In this document: one piece after another, positions 27,228-41,880 of the stretch | How the letters are laid out: each line of letters begins with the position of its first letter | How positions within the stretch are numbered: the first letter of the stretch is position 1 | NCBI RefSeq assembly: GCF_009914755.1 | Contig: NC_060931.1 | Reading direction: 5' to 3' (one strand) | DNA: 64,000 bases | Source of the DNA: the human T2T-CHM13v2.0 reference genome, Homo sapiens | Program-made: the position numbers and the translations under genes | Notes under the pieces: model-generated | Databases searched by the model: none | Seen by the model: the letters and a program-made list of their open reading frames with translations, nothing else | What the model was told of the DNA's origin: nothing

Positions 27228-27849
27228 TGCAATCAAAGACCTCCATTTTTCTAAGAAAAAGAGAATGAATTATTATCGTGTTTTATTTTTTTCTCTTCTT
27301 TTATCTTTTCTCCATTTTCCCCACCCTCTACTTTCTGCTTAGCCCTTTAGAAATGCAATTATAACCTTTTACCTTCCTTTCACCAGACACTCCCTACAGG
27401 GAAAGTTCATCTAATTATGTGCTTAGAAGCTTCAGGGTGGAACTCTCACCCATGAGGAGGTTGCCTGGAGAGACAACGGTCAATCTACAACCCAAAGTAT
27501 ACCTGCTATGAAAATGTCTCTCACTTGGAGAGTTTTGGGCACCTTTACAACCTAGTTCTGTCCAGGAAGGTGCCAGCAGTTGTCAGCTCAACCACCCAGC
27601 AGATAAGGCACTGAAGAGAGTTATGTGGACCCCCACCTGCTCACTTTCTTCCCTGTGTGCCATTCATGTCAAGCCCCCTTTAAAAAGTGTCTGCGTTCTG
27701 CCTCCAAAAGCAAAGTGGTACCCTTAAGGCAGGAAGCTTATTCCCCTAAGCTGGCTTTGGAATAAAAAGTCACTTTCTTTATACCAGACCTTGCTCTTGT
27801 TAATTGGACTCTGTAAGCAGTGAACAACTGAAGTTGTGTTTTCGTTACA
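27228..27849 (+). mobile_element. Solo ERV LTR (family not assigned), inserted opposite to the host provirus
   Basis: TG...CA ends, tttaaaaa TATA-like at about 27678, AATAAA at 27761, U5-like end ...gtgttttcgttaca; approximate TSD gcaa/gaaa. Confidence 0.65.
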
Positions 27850-27868
27850 GAAAAGTCCTCTAAACTAG

Positions 27869-28258
<390 letters not shown>

Positions 28259-28859
28259 TATTCTAACTCTTGGTAACCCTACTCCCAGTAAAAAACCTAG
28301 GATTACTTAATTTAACATGACCTGACTTTAAGATTTTAAATTATTGGAGAGAATTTTGAGACTATATTTACCAAATTAATCTTACCAAAGATTACTAAAG
28401 TCATGTGAACTGAAAAGCCTCTGAATTAGTTTCTATTAGTCTGATAAATGCTTACTTTTCTTTAGGCCAATTAATTAGAGCTCTTTTATATAATTGGTAG
28501 TGAAATATTATTTTCACATGCTATACATGAACATATAGGCATATCAGACTCAGACAGACAGATCTTATGGATTTAAAGTTTTTCATTTGCCTGTTTTCAA
28601 AAATTTTCCCTTCCCTACTTTAGACTATTAATTTATTGATTACCTCTTCTGTATCCTACACAATTGTTAACGAAATTTGGATCTCCAAAGACCTAACTTT
28701 AGGTAAAACAAGGTAGACAATGTACATCTCAAAAGCACATTCTTAGATCTAAACAAAGGCAAGGTCTGTTATATAAACTTTAAGCCATTGTTTTCTCCTT
28801 AGTTAAAATTCCTAGTGGTTTAGGTGCAGAGACATAGATGTTCTTAAAAAAGAGATTTT

Positions 28860-29163
<304 letters not shown>

Positions 29164-30857
29164 TTAATTATGTAAATTTCCTTTATTAAAATAACTTAGT
29201 TTGATAGATGATATTTTAACTGTAGCTTCATTAGATTACTGGCTTTAGGGTGGAGCCTTTTAAGGAATAGGGCCAAGAAAGCATGTACAACTTTCTTATA
29301 TTCAAGAATGTTCAAAAAAACAAGTAGTCAGCTGTAGTAATGGTCATTTTCTGTAAAATCCTCAGCTACTCCCAACATTGTAGCTCTTGTCCACTGTTAC
29401 ACACACCAAGGTCAAATCCTCTTACAGTACAGGGTAATCTCTGGTATCCCCAAAAAGCCAAAGAGGTCAAGTAATGCCATACAAGAAAGCAAAACCTTAG
29501 ACCTGAGAATAATCTGTCCATGACTCTTGAAACTCCACAAAGAAAGCAGAACACCTCAGAAAAGGGTGAGTGGCACATTTATTCTGAGTTCTTTAAGAGG
29601 TCCAAGTCATTAGGAGCCTTATCTAGATTTTTTTTTCCACTTCATACCGAAGATGACAAAAGAGGAAGAAGGAATAGGGTTGAAGAAAAGTAAACAAAAG
29701 AACAATTTTTTAAGAAAGGAAGCAAACAGAGAAATAAAGTTTTTTTTTTTTTTTTCAGCTGTGAGGAATTTTAGCTAATTCAGAGGACTCCTTCCCATAA
29801 TTTGTAATTCTCATTTAGATTTGACCAAGTCAGGTAAAGGTGGTCAAATCTGATGGGAGAAAGACTGGAGCAACAATAACAAACCAAAGAATATAATTAC
29901 TGAGTGCTCTAATGGTAAAGAGGAATTAAGATCAGCTGGTTGCCAATCTTAACTTTTAGTCATTAAGGAGAATTTTCAAGACAAAATCCCAATTCAGCTG
30001 CTTACTAGGAGTGCGGCCCAGGCTCAAGGCTGCTTTCTACCATCTTAGAAGCAGAAAAAAACCTCAAACTTGCCTTTCCTCTTGGAAGCAAGCTGAAAAT
30101 CCAGAAAGGAGTTGCCTGCACTCCATCAACATGGAAACAGAAAAACTCACTTTCCTTGTTGGACGTGAGCGAAACTCCAGAAAAGGAGTTGTACAGCAAG
30201 ATAAACCTTAGGTCTCAACCAAATTTGGGGAGATCAGGGATTCTCTGGAGAGGAAATCTCTGCACCTCAGCAAATTGTCCCATTGGTTTGAGCAATAAAG
30301 ATAGTTCAAGCTGGTACCAAGCATTGATAGATTTGTTAAAGGTCAGGGCCACCTCCATTCAGAGTTCCCCGTGTTGGTCACCAATTTGTAAACCAAAATG
30401 TATCTGAGACAGGTCTCAATCAATTTAGAAGTTTAGTTTGCCAAGATTAAGGACATACCTGGAACAAATAAACGTGGAATCACAGGAAGTCTGTGGTCTG
30501 TGCCTTTCTTCAAAGATGACTTTGAGGGCTTCAGTATTTAAAGGCGAAAAGTGGCTGGAGGGGAAAGAGGGAGTGTGTGATAGTCCACATGCTGCAAGAG
30601 AAAAGAAGCAGGTAGGGCAATAGTTAATTGTGTATTTGTCTTGTGGTCAGTAAATCAGCACTTTATATAAGATACGGTGAACATAGAGTGGCTACCTGTG
30701 GAGATGTTCAACCTTTTGTCTGTAGCTATCGGTTTAGGAACAACAGGAAAGGCAGCTTCTTGCATGACTCAGCTTTCAGCTTAAGTTTTTTTTTCTTTTG
30801 GCATAGTAAATCAGGCCCCACGTTTTATTTTTTTCATAGTGGAAAAGAACCCCTCTA

Positions 30858-31222
<365 letters not shown>

Positions 31223-31981
31223 CTAATCAAGGAACATTCCCACCCTGGTTGAGAGGACCCTTGCAATGTCTGCTGGGCAGGATTCCGAGAGTGCCACAGA
31301 CTAATGATGGCTGGCTGTGTCTCATTCTTTCCCTTTTGGAATGGGAGTGCTTATCGTAGGTATCCTGGGAGAATTCCCTCAGCATAATTAAGAATGTGAG
31401 TTAATCAAGATTCATGCCTGAATATTCAGTCACTTCATCTTTACATGGCAATGGGCCAAGGCAACACCTACAAACAGGGTCTACATATTACTCAAACCCA
31501 AAGAATTTTGAGGTCTGCTTCAAAACACCAAAAAAAGAGAATTATCTTAAAAGATGGCCATGACAGTTATAGCTGGGATCATGTTCTTTTATTTTCATAT
31601 TACCAAAGTAATGCATGAATGCATGCTTATTTTTTTTTAAAATTTAGGAAAACATCATTGTACACCGAGTAAAAAGTGAAAATATTGTTTATTGCAGTCC
31701 ACAATCTCTTCCTTGCACAACCCCACTTATCTCCCCATAGATAGCCACTGAAATCGTTCAGCAGAACTGATGAACTATGGTATAACTCTTAATGTGAGAT
31801 AGGAAAAACATAACAAAAATGGTTATATAAGTGTATTGTGTAGATGTGTACTTAGGAAAGTGCTAGAAGGAATCAAATATTAATCATGGCATTCCCTGAA
31901 TTGTGGGATTATGCTTGTTATTTGCTTTCTTCCTGATGTTTTTCTAAGTTTTCTAATTTTCGATATAAAAATGCTAATTTT

Positions 31982-32218
31982 GTTCAGTTCCCACCTATGA
32001 GTGAGAATATGCGGTGTTTGGTTTTTTGTTCTTGCGATAGTTTACTGAGAATGATGATTTCCAATTTCATCCATGTCCCTACAAAGGACATGAATGCTAG
32101 ATGACGAGTTAGTGGGTGCAGCGCACCAGCATGGCACATGTATACATATGTAACTAACCTGCACAATGTGCACATGTACCCTAAAACTTAAAGTATAATT
32201 AAAAAAAAAAAGAGAGAA
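31982..32218 (+). mobile_element. 5'-truncated, 5'-inverted L1PA2
   Basis: About 31982-32093 is an inverted L1 segment, followed by sense aatgctagatgacgagttagtg...aaagtataat and an A-tail; 15-bp TSD AAAAATGCTAATTTT at 31967-31981 and 32219-32233. Confidence 0.9.
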
Positions 32219-32969
32219 AAAAATGCTAATTTTATATTTATGTAGAGCAGGATTTATGTCCAATTCAATTGAAGGAGTTTCAAGTCATTGCAGTAAAAAG
32301 TTTTATAAAAGTCGGGTGCGAAGAACGAGTAATGAGGTAGGCCTACAAGACAGTCAACACAAGAAGAATTTACAAGTAATTCAATAAATACCTATTCAGT
32401 GCCAACATTGTTTTAGGAGTTAAGAAGAAAATGGTGATTAAGACAGGTAAGATCCCTCTTCTCATGGACATAAATATGTCACAAAGGAGGCAGATTATGA
32501 ATAATACATCAATAAGATAATTCAGGTAATATCTAGTGCTATGAAGAAACTAAAGAAGGGCATGGTAATAGCACATGCTGTCAGGGAGTAATATCTGCGA
32601 GACAGGACAGTCAAAGAAGGCCTCTCTGGGGCCTTCGGAGCTGAGACTTGGATGCGAAGGACCAACCTACTCAATGCTCTGCAGCCAGAGCATTTGAGGC
32701 AGAAGAAACAGCAGTTGCAAAAACCAAGGCAGGTATAGGCTTGGTTGATTCAGGGAGTGGGTGGATTCAGCTGGTACAAATCTGTGAAGGCAAATCCTGA
32801 TAGTAATATGAACCTGTTGAATGGATGGTAGTTACACACATTGAAATGTCTGCACTTTTGGCAGGGATTTTCTTGAGAGGAAAAAGTATGACCTATAAAA
32901 TATTATTGACAAAGTTTTCAAATGTGGCAAGAGCAACTGCAGTGCTAAAATGGTATTAAACCACACAGA

Positions 32970-33343
<374 letters not shown>

Positions 33344-33426
33344 TCAGTTTTCTGTTTTCCTTTTTTTGTTTGCTTATAATCTAAATATAGACTCAGTATC
33401 ATGAACAGCTAAGACATGTATAGTTA

Positions 33427-33738
33427 CTTTTTTTATTTTTATTTTTTGAGACAGGGCGTCTCTCTGTCACCCAGGTAGGAGTGTAGTGTTGTGATCATGA
33501 CTCACTGCAACCTCAATATCCCTGGCCCAAGCCATCCTCCTGCCTAAGCCTCCCGAGTAGCTGGGACTACAGGTGCACACCACCACACCCAGCTTCTTTT
33601 TTTAAAAAAATTATTTTTAGTAGAGATGAGGTCTTGATATGTTGCCCAAGCTGGTCTTGAACTCCTGAGCTCAAGGGATCCTCCTGTCTAGGCTTCCCAA
33701 AGTGCTGGGATTACAGGTGTGAGCCACCACAGCTGGCC
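33427..33738 (-). mobile_element. Alu (J-like)
   Basis: Full dimer; atagtta on both sides. Confidence 0.9.
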
Positions 33739-36005
33739 ATAGTTAGTTAAACAATTTCAAGATGAGATCTCAGAGAGCCCTTTTCTTCACCATGGCTGAT
33801 TAAGCTCTCTAAAAGTAAGGTACAGTGTCAGCACTGAGTTCTAGGCAGCAGATGCTGAGTCAGCGAGCAGTAATTGTCTAAGACCTGAGTTGAGTCAGAG
33901 ATCTTAGCATACAGGCTATGTTGTGTGTGCGTTTGTTGGGGGTGGGATGAGGTGGGGTGTGTGTGTGGCTACGAATCTGGGAGGCCACAGCAGTTGGGCT
34001 GGACATACAACCGGAATGATCAAATGTGGAGCTAGAGCTGCCTAGATACTCTGCTTCAAAGGATCCAGCTTCATTTTTAAAACAAGAGTAGGCTGTGCTT
34101 CAGTGGACTAATTTATGGAAGATGGAGACCGTGAGGGGCCTTGAAATTATAGCTCTGATCTTTCAGAAACTACCTACCAAGGATTGGGTCCTGCTGGCAG
34201 CAGCAGACTCAGAGTGTGGCTGGCTTAGCTGAGAGAGGATGAATCATTTTAGGAAGATGGTGAGTGAACTTGATGAAACAGAGATGTTTAGTTTAAAGAT
34301 AAGGGGGATCCTGACTTTTTGTAAAGTTTATTATGAGAAGAACATTACCGAGATGTTTGAATTTCTTCATTTTTGTAAATTGTATTTCACTTTTTTGGTG
34401 TTTTAAATTTTTTAATTATTTGTAAATTAATACGTATTTGTACAAGGAACATGTGAAATTTTGATACATGTATGCAGTGTGATTTAATGTGATGAAATCA
34501 AGGTATTTAGGATATCTATTGCCTGGAACATTGATCATTTCTTATTGTTTTATTCTTATTGCCTTGGTTTATAGAGGCAAATGTATTGTCACAGACAGAA
34601 TAGAACCAGCTGGAAAGTGTGCTGGTTTTTCTTTTATTAACCACAGCTATGTGGATTCTGGTGCCCAGCACCACTAGTCACTTTTGGCAGTACCTGAATT
34701 TTAGGGTACATCTTTGGTTGAGATGAATAGTCTTTGAAATGTTAGCTTTGCATTCCTAAATATATAATAGAAAAAGGCAAATGTCAGTCTGACACAGGTG
34801 ACAGCAGTTGCTGAAATGGACCCTGGATTCATTGTAAAACCAGATGGTTTAGGAGACAGAAATTTAGATGGCAAAGTCTGCCATATTGAGTTGAACAAAT
34901 AAAACCTTAAAGGAAGAGCCAAAGTCTTGATGGACTATTAAACAACAACCTGTCTTGATGAGCAGGCATCAATAACATGTCAGTGCTGGTTACGGTAACA
35001 ATAAGAAGACAATATAACCTCTATTCAGATGCATCAAGGATAACTTCCAAAAACATGCCTGTAGCTGGAGGGAAATGGATTTTCAGTTCAAGTTACACAC
35101 ATTGAAATGTCTGCATTTGTAACACTTCTGACTAATAATTCTGAAATGTCTTGCTTTGTATTTACTTAAGAATACATATGGGGCAAAGGAATCAAATTCT
35201 GTAAAATGGAAAGATGGGTTACTAGGAAACATACATAAATATACACAAATAGATACTAATGTATGTAACTGAGCAATTAACACCTATAATTTACTTTCTT
35301 CCAAATAGGTTCATTCCAGTCTCTGAAGCAGTTCACGCTGTTGACTCTGGGCAGTAGCATCTTTTCCTCACCTCGTATTGCCAGTAACTGGAGCAATATG
35401 AGGTAGGGAGAAGATGTCTCCATGACCTGCTCCTTCAGAAGCTCTGTGCTTCATCAATAGTCAACTGATAAACACTTTCCAGTGCCCAAAGCCAAAGGAT
35501 TGTGATTGTTCTTTATGTCACTTATTTCTTTGTAGCTTTCCTTATGTGGCTTATTTTCCCCTCCAATGCTGGAGGATAAAGGAATGAGGAATTACAGTAC
35601 TTTGGGAAACTTCAAATGTTCAGATCCAGCACTGAACTCTATGAATAATTATCTCCGTGTTGCAAGGTCCTCCAGTAGAAAGAGAATGAATATTTCTGCC
35701 AGCTTTAGGGTAATTTACTAAGGGAGAAAGAAGGCAATTCCAACTTCCATGAGCTGTGTCTTTGTACAACATAAAATATCTAAGTCATAAATAAAAGTCT
35801 TATAAATGTTAAGACTAATGAAAAAATCATGTATCAATATGTTCAACACATTTCTCTTGATTGAATAAGGCTTGGAGCATAATATTTCTGTTTTAAAGAT
35901 TATACCTATACATTTGTTCTTTCTTTGATCTATTTTATGTCAAATTTTTGTTCAATAACAAATCGTAAGATTGTTCTTATGAGAAAATGTGATATTTTAT
36001 GATGA

Positions 36006-36370
<365 letters not shown>

Positions 36371-37141
36371 TATGTGTATGTTTTCTAGTAAATTTGGGGA
36401 GGGTCCAATTGTAGTATGACCCCTTCTCTACCCCTCAAAATATGTAACTATGCAGATTCATTCTCTGGGTAGGAGCAAGTGTAATACAGATTGCATGTTA
36501 CAGATATGCTGATTTTGTAGCTTAAAGCGAATACTTAACTGGCATGCATGCCATGAGACAGCCTTGTCATGGAGGCCTATACTTATTAACCACAGGACAG
36601 TAGATTGTGGAAAGGAGTTCGGAAGGAAAAGAATAATGGTAAAAACAAACATCCTATTGTTTTATAGATTGTCAAATGCTTTTACATGATTTCACGTGCA
36701 CATCAAACTTACCCTATGAAGTTGGTTTTGTTTTAAGTCATTTTGCAGTTGTGGAAATGAAACAGAGAGAGATTCTGTGACTTTCCAAGGCCATATAAGC
36801 CGTAGGTGGAAGAGCTGGATGTCCATGATGGCTTCAGGACTATACTGTTTAGAAAAATCAGGGGAAGACATACATGGGTTAGTAAGCACTGGAGTTGTGT
36901 TCATTAAAGTCCCCAGTTTCAATGCACATAATTGAATAAATATGTTTCAGAATTTTCAGAACAGGAGATCTGGGTGTGGCTTCATCTTCCACAGTCCACG
37001 TTTGAGGATGAGATCAGAAAGAATCTTGCTTTAATGACCTGGCAGCCAGAAAATATGTCACTAGGCCAGAAGTTGAGGAGGAAGAGTTATGGAGTGAGAA
37101 AGGAAAACTGGAAATGCCTATGAAAGTCATTGTATTCCTAT

Positions 37142-37362
37142 CAGAGTGCTCAAACTCCAAAGTATTGACATTTTGGGTCAGATAATATTTTGTGGGGAGC
37201 TGTCCTGTGCATTACAGGGTGTTGAGCACCGTCCCTCGCTTCTACCCACTAAGTGCCAGTAACATTGTACCTCCTCATCCCCAGTTGCATCAGCCAGAAA
37301 TGTCTCCAGGCATTGCCAAATGTCCCTCAAGGTACAAAACCAACCCTGGTTGAGAACCATTG
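37142..37362 (+). mobile_element. MER20 hAT DNA transposon
   Basis: tattgacattttggg...gctgtcctgtgcatt...aatgtctccaggcattgccaaatgtccc...ggttgagaaccattg. Confidence 0.85.
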
Positions 37363-38479
37363 ATTAAGATGAATCAGACTGAATTGAGTAACCAAGACTG
37401 TATGCTTCAACTTTACCTACTGCACATGGATTGCACATGGAATTTTCTTCCCCCTCACAGTGTTGTAAAGTATTTTTTAAAGCAATGAGATAAACTTACC
37501 AAATGTATGCTTATTGGACAACTTTCTACAGATGGATATCATTAGGGAAAATAAGAAAGGCCATTATGGTCTTAAGGAAAAAAGACTTTGGGGAAAAATT
37601 CCAAATTCTTGAGACACTGGAGTAGAATATTATCCAAGGCAGAAACTTTCTGAGTCTCCTGCTTTTACATCAAATGAGGCTGTTGGTAGGCATGTAAAAT
37701 GGTGTAATCTTTTTGGAAGTCCATTTGGCCTTGACTCTGCTGTCAGAGGCTCCTTCTCTAATGTATGGAAGAGCCTCTACTTCATATCAGTCTCACTGGT
37801 ACCAATCACAAAAGCTCAGAACCACTCATTCCAAAGTTTCTGTTGAGAGAAACTCTCATAACTGTCCCCTAGAAAAATAAAATAAAAATACCACAAGCAA
37901 TAAGATTTTGAACCTCTTCTAAGGAGGTCGTGAATAGAGACAACTTAATTTTTAAAGGGCAAGAGGCTTGTAGTATTACAGCTTCCAAGTGTGGAAAGGG
38001 CACAAGGCTTAATGGAGAAATATAATATGCAATTAATGATTTGCTGGTGAAGGAATCCATCATTGTAAAAATAAGGACACCAAATAAATAAACCAAACAA
38101 CTAGTATCTTGACCATTGTTTTATCCCAGCTTCAAAACTACCATGTAGACCTAGAAAGGAATATAATGAGAGATATAAATCCTTGCCTTGAGAGAACTTA
38201 TCTGCAGGAACTTATTGAATTTTTAATATGTGGATTAAAAAATCATGTTCAACAAGGAGAAATCATTAATGGCTATTCTAGTGGACATTTGCTTTTAAAA
38301 TTATTTTGGCTGTCCAGCGTGGGAATGCTCATCTTATGTTTTGGAAATTACCCTTCCAATGAGTCTTGGAAGGAGGCAGACTTGCCTGTAACCATAGAAG
38401 AAGAAAATGCCAAATACCAGCTCTTCAGGCATATCTCTGAGACCTAGCCTTCATCAATGTGATGGAGCAGGCTGAGAAA

Positions 38480-38804
38480 CCAGCAGTGTTCTTACAGCCT
38501 ACCAGTGATGTGCGCGCTGGAAGAATCACATTCTGTAGGAGCAGCAGCTGGAGGAGGACTGAGTTCCTTAGGGTAGCTGGCCATGTGCAGCATCTGGGAC
38601 TAGGGGCGTTGGCAGACCAAGGGGACAGAGGGTTCTACCTTGTGATTTTGGGTGTTGTTATCAGCTGCACAACTCCCTGTCCATTTTCCAGTTCTTTCAG
38701 TGATTCTGGGAGTCACCCACTATGTTTTTAATAGATTCCATTTTCTGCTTAACTCAGCTGGAGTTGATTTTTTCTTGCCTGCAACTAAGAACCCAGAGTG
38801 ATAC
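38480..38804 (+). mobile_element. Old ERVL-type LTR relic (LTR16/LTR33-like)
   Basis: 3' end aatagattccattttctgcttaactcagctggagttgatt...gcaactaagaaccc...gataca. Confidence 0.45.
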
Positions 38805-39088
38805 AATCATTAGCTTGTAAGAATTACATTAACAGCCTTAGAAGTGGAAAATTTGTTTTCCAAAAAAAAATTCGGTTATTATAGTAGTGATAACAATAAT
38901 AATAGCTAACATTTCTTAAGTATGTACTCTGTGCCAGGTGCTGTTCTATAAAATGTTCACCTATTAACTCATTAAATCCTGACAATAATCCTATAAGCAA
39001 ACTGAGACACAAAGGAGTTCAAGTACACAAATGGTAAAAATGCAGACTTAGGCTTTGAATCTGAGCATTTTGACTTCAGGGCCCATAC

Positions 39089-39322
39089 TTTTTTTTTTTT
39101 TTTGAGGTGGGGTCTCTCTCTCTGTTGCCTACACTGGATTGCAGTGGCGTGATCCTAGCTCACTGTAGCCTTGAACTCCTAGGCTCAAGTGATCCTCCCA
39201 CCTCAGCCTCCTGAGTAGCTAGATAGGACTACAGGTATGAGCCATCATGCCTGGCTATTTTTTTCTATATTTTATTTTTTTTATTTTTAGAGATGAAGTC
39301 TTGCTATGTTGCCCAGGCTTGT
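39089..39322 (-). mobile_element. Truncated Alu (J-like)
   Basis: Poly-T, right arm, linker and the start of the left arm. Confidence 0.85.
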
Positions 39323-39523
39323 TCATGCTCTTAACAGTTATCAAGTAAGAATCTGTCTACTTTGCTAAGAAACTTCCTTTTCCATAGCTTTAATATTTTT
39401 TTCAGATTTCATTAGGGAAAGAATCTCTATTTCTTCTTTGATAATTTCTAACACAAGACTTTATCTTTCACAGTGAGGAAAAAGGGGCTACACTGGCATA
39501 ACTCAGCCAGAGTAGAGTAGGGT

Positions 39524-39683
39524 CTTCATCCTTTCACTCATTCATCCACTCAGCAAATATGTAATAGCTGCCTGGGGTAGGCAGACGCCAGTGATATTTG
39601 CCTTCATCCTTTCACTCATTCATCCACTCAGCAAATATGTAATAGCTGCCTGGGGTAGGCAGACGCCAGTGATCTTTGCCTTC
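39524..39683. repeat. 78-bp tandem duplication (2 copies, 1 mismatch)
   Basis: 39524-39601 equals 39602-39679 except gatAtttg/gatCtttg; CTTC microhomology continues at 39680-39683. Confidence 0.95.
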
Positions 39684-39699
39684 TGGTGTTTATGTTGTT

Positions 39700-40210
39700 G
39701 CATCATCCTCTCTCCTTGAGTGTGTGCTGGCCTAGTGACTTGTTTCTAACCAGTAGAATGCAGCAAAGGTGATGAGATATTACTTCTATGATAGTTTACA
39801 TAAGATTGTAACTCCTCTCTTGCTGTTTCCTTCTTGGCTTGCACACATTGATAAAGCAAGCTGCCACAAAATGAGCTGCTATGTTGGGGTGGCAAAGGAC
39901 TGGTGGCAGCTTTCAGCCAACAGCCAGCTGGGTGCTGAGGATCTCCTTCCAATTGCCCTTGAAGAACTGACCTCAGCCAACAACCATGTGAGCTTGGAAG
40001 CAGATCCTTTCCCAGTTGAGCTTTCAGATGAGATCCCAGCCCTGGCCAATACCTTGATTGCTGATCTGTAAGAGACACTGAAGCAGAGCACATGCCCAGC
40101 TAAGCCATGCCCAGGGCTCCCGACCTCACAGAAACTGTGAGATAAGAATTGTGTGGTGTTTTAAGCTGCTACATTTATAGTAATTTGTTATGCAGAAATA
40201 CATAATGTAT
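39700..40210 (+). mobile_element. MLT1-type MaLR LTR (MLT1E/F-like)
   Basis: gtgacttgtttctaaccagtagaat, gccaacaaccatgtgagcttggaagcagatcc, cagaaactgtgagataa, gtaatttgttatgcag. Confidence 0.75.
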
Positions 40211-40394
40211 GTAGTACTTTTTTGTGTGTGTGGCAGTTTTTCTAGATAGACCAGGTCCCTGACCTCATGGAACTTTTGAAAGAAATGAACATGATAACTT
40301 CAGGTAGTTATTAGAGCTTTGAGGAGAATAAAACATGGTGATGCTATAGAGCTATTCTCTCTAATGGGGTAGGCCCTACCCATACACAGGGCTA

Positions 40395-40555
40395 TTTAAA
40401 TTAAAATGAAATAAAATTAGAAATTCAGTTTCTCAGCCACAGTTACTTGGTTTTAAGAACTCAGTAGCCACATGTGCCTGGCTGGTGGCTACTGCATGGA
40501 ATAGCACTTGAGAACATTTCCATCATCACAGGAAGTTCTACCATGCAGAGCTATT
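40395..40555. mobile_element. MER3/MER33-like hAT relic
   Basis: aaattcagtttctcagccac...ctcagtagccacatgtg...gaacatttccatcatcacaggaagttcta. Confidence 0.65.
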
Positions 40556-40605
40556 GCAGAGAATGACTTGAGGAATGAGTGGCTTCTCTAAAATGAGAAG
40601 CCAGG

Positions 40606-40917
<312 letters not shown>

Positions 40918-40919
40918 GA

Positions 40920-41880
40920 GAAGGTAGGGAAGGCTTCTCTGAAGGGGAATTATTTGAGGCAAGACCTAAACGATAAGAAAAAGCCAGACTTTCCAAGCAC
41001 AGCTGCATTGTAAATTAAAAATAAATAAAATAAAGAAAAAGTCAGACCTGCAAAGATCTGGAGACGGGATGTGCTTGGCAGAGGGAACAAGATGCATGAA
41101 GATGTACGGCAAAAACCCTCAGGGTGTATTTGAAGACAGTATGGTTGGAACTTAGGTGACACAGGAGAAGAGGAATAGCAGTGAGGCAGGAATGGGAAGC
41201 TAAGGGGCCAGGTGGTGTAGGTTCTTGGGTCCAGGTTAAGGGTCTTGAGTTGTACTCCATGTACGATGGGAGGTCACTGGAGGTTTTAAGCACAGGAGTA
41301 ACGTTATGCTATTTATGTTTATGTTCTCAACAGATCACTTTTTCTGGTATTTGAGTAGATTGTTGGAGGTAATATTCAACAAGCGACTGCTTTTTTGGGA
41401 AAATATATTGATCATTTAGAAGACTATTTCAGTAGCCCAGGCTGACCTGGGCAGTGGCCATTGAGTTAGAGAAATAGACAGATAAATGATCTATTTTAGA
41501 TGTGTGACTGGCAAGACTTGATACATTGGATGCAAGAGGGCAGGAGAAAGGGAGGAATCAAAGATTATATCTACAATTTTGATTTGAACAAAAGGTTGGA
41601 TGGTGATAGGAAGAGGAAAGACTGGGAGAAGTACAGGTTTGGAGGGCAAAAGTGAAGGGTTCTCTTCCAGTTGTGTTAAATCTGAGATGCCTTTTAGATA
41701 CCCAAGTAGTCAGGTAAAGTAGGCCATTGGATATGCACCCAGAGTGCAGAAAGGTCACAGCTGGAGATATAAACTGGGAGTCGTTGGGTTACAAATGCCA
41801 CATAAAGCCATGGGACTGAAGGACATTTCCAGGGAAAGCACAGAGATGGAAGTGAGTCTGAGGGCTCTGTTGGAAAAGGA
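40920..41880 (-). mobile_element. L2 LINE relic
   Basis: gggaaggcttctctga, ggtcactggaggttttaagca, tgttaaatctgagatgcctttt, gctggagatataaactgggagtc. Confidence 0.65.

Noticed and set aside
36540-36553. 14-bp perfect palindrome TGGCATGCATGCCA
   Set aside because: A few palindromes of this size are expected by chance in 64 kb, and there is no supporting context.
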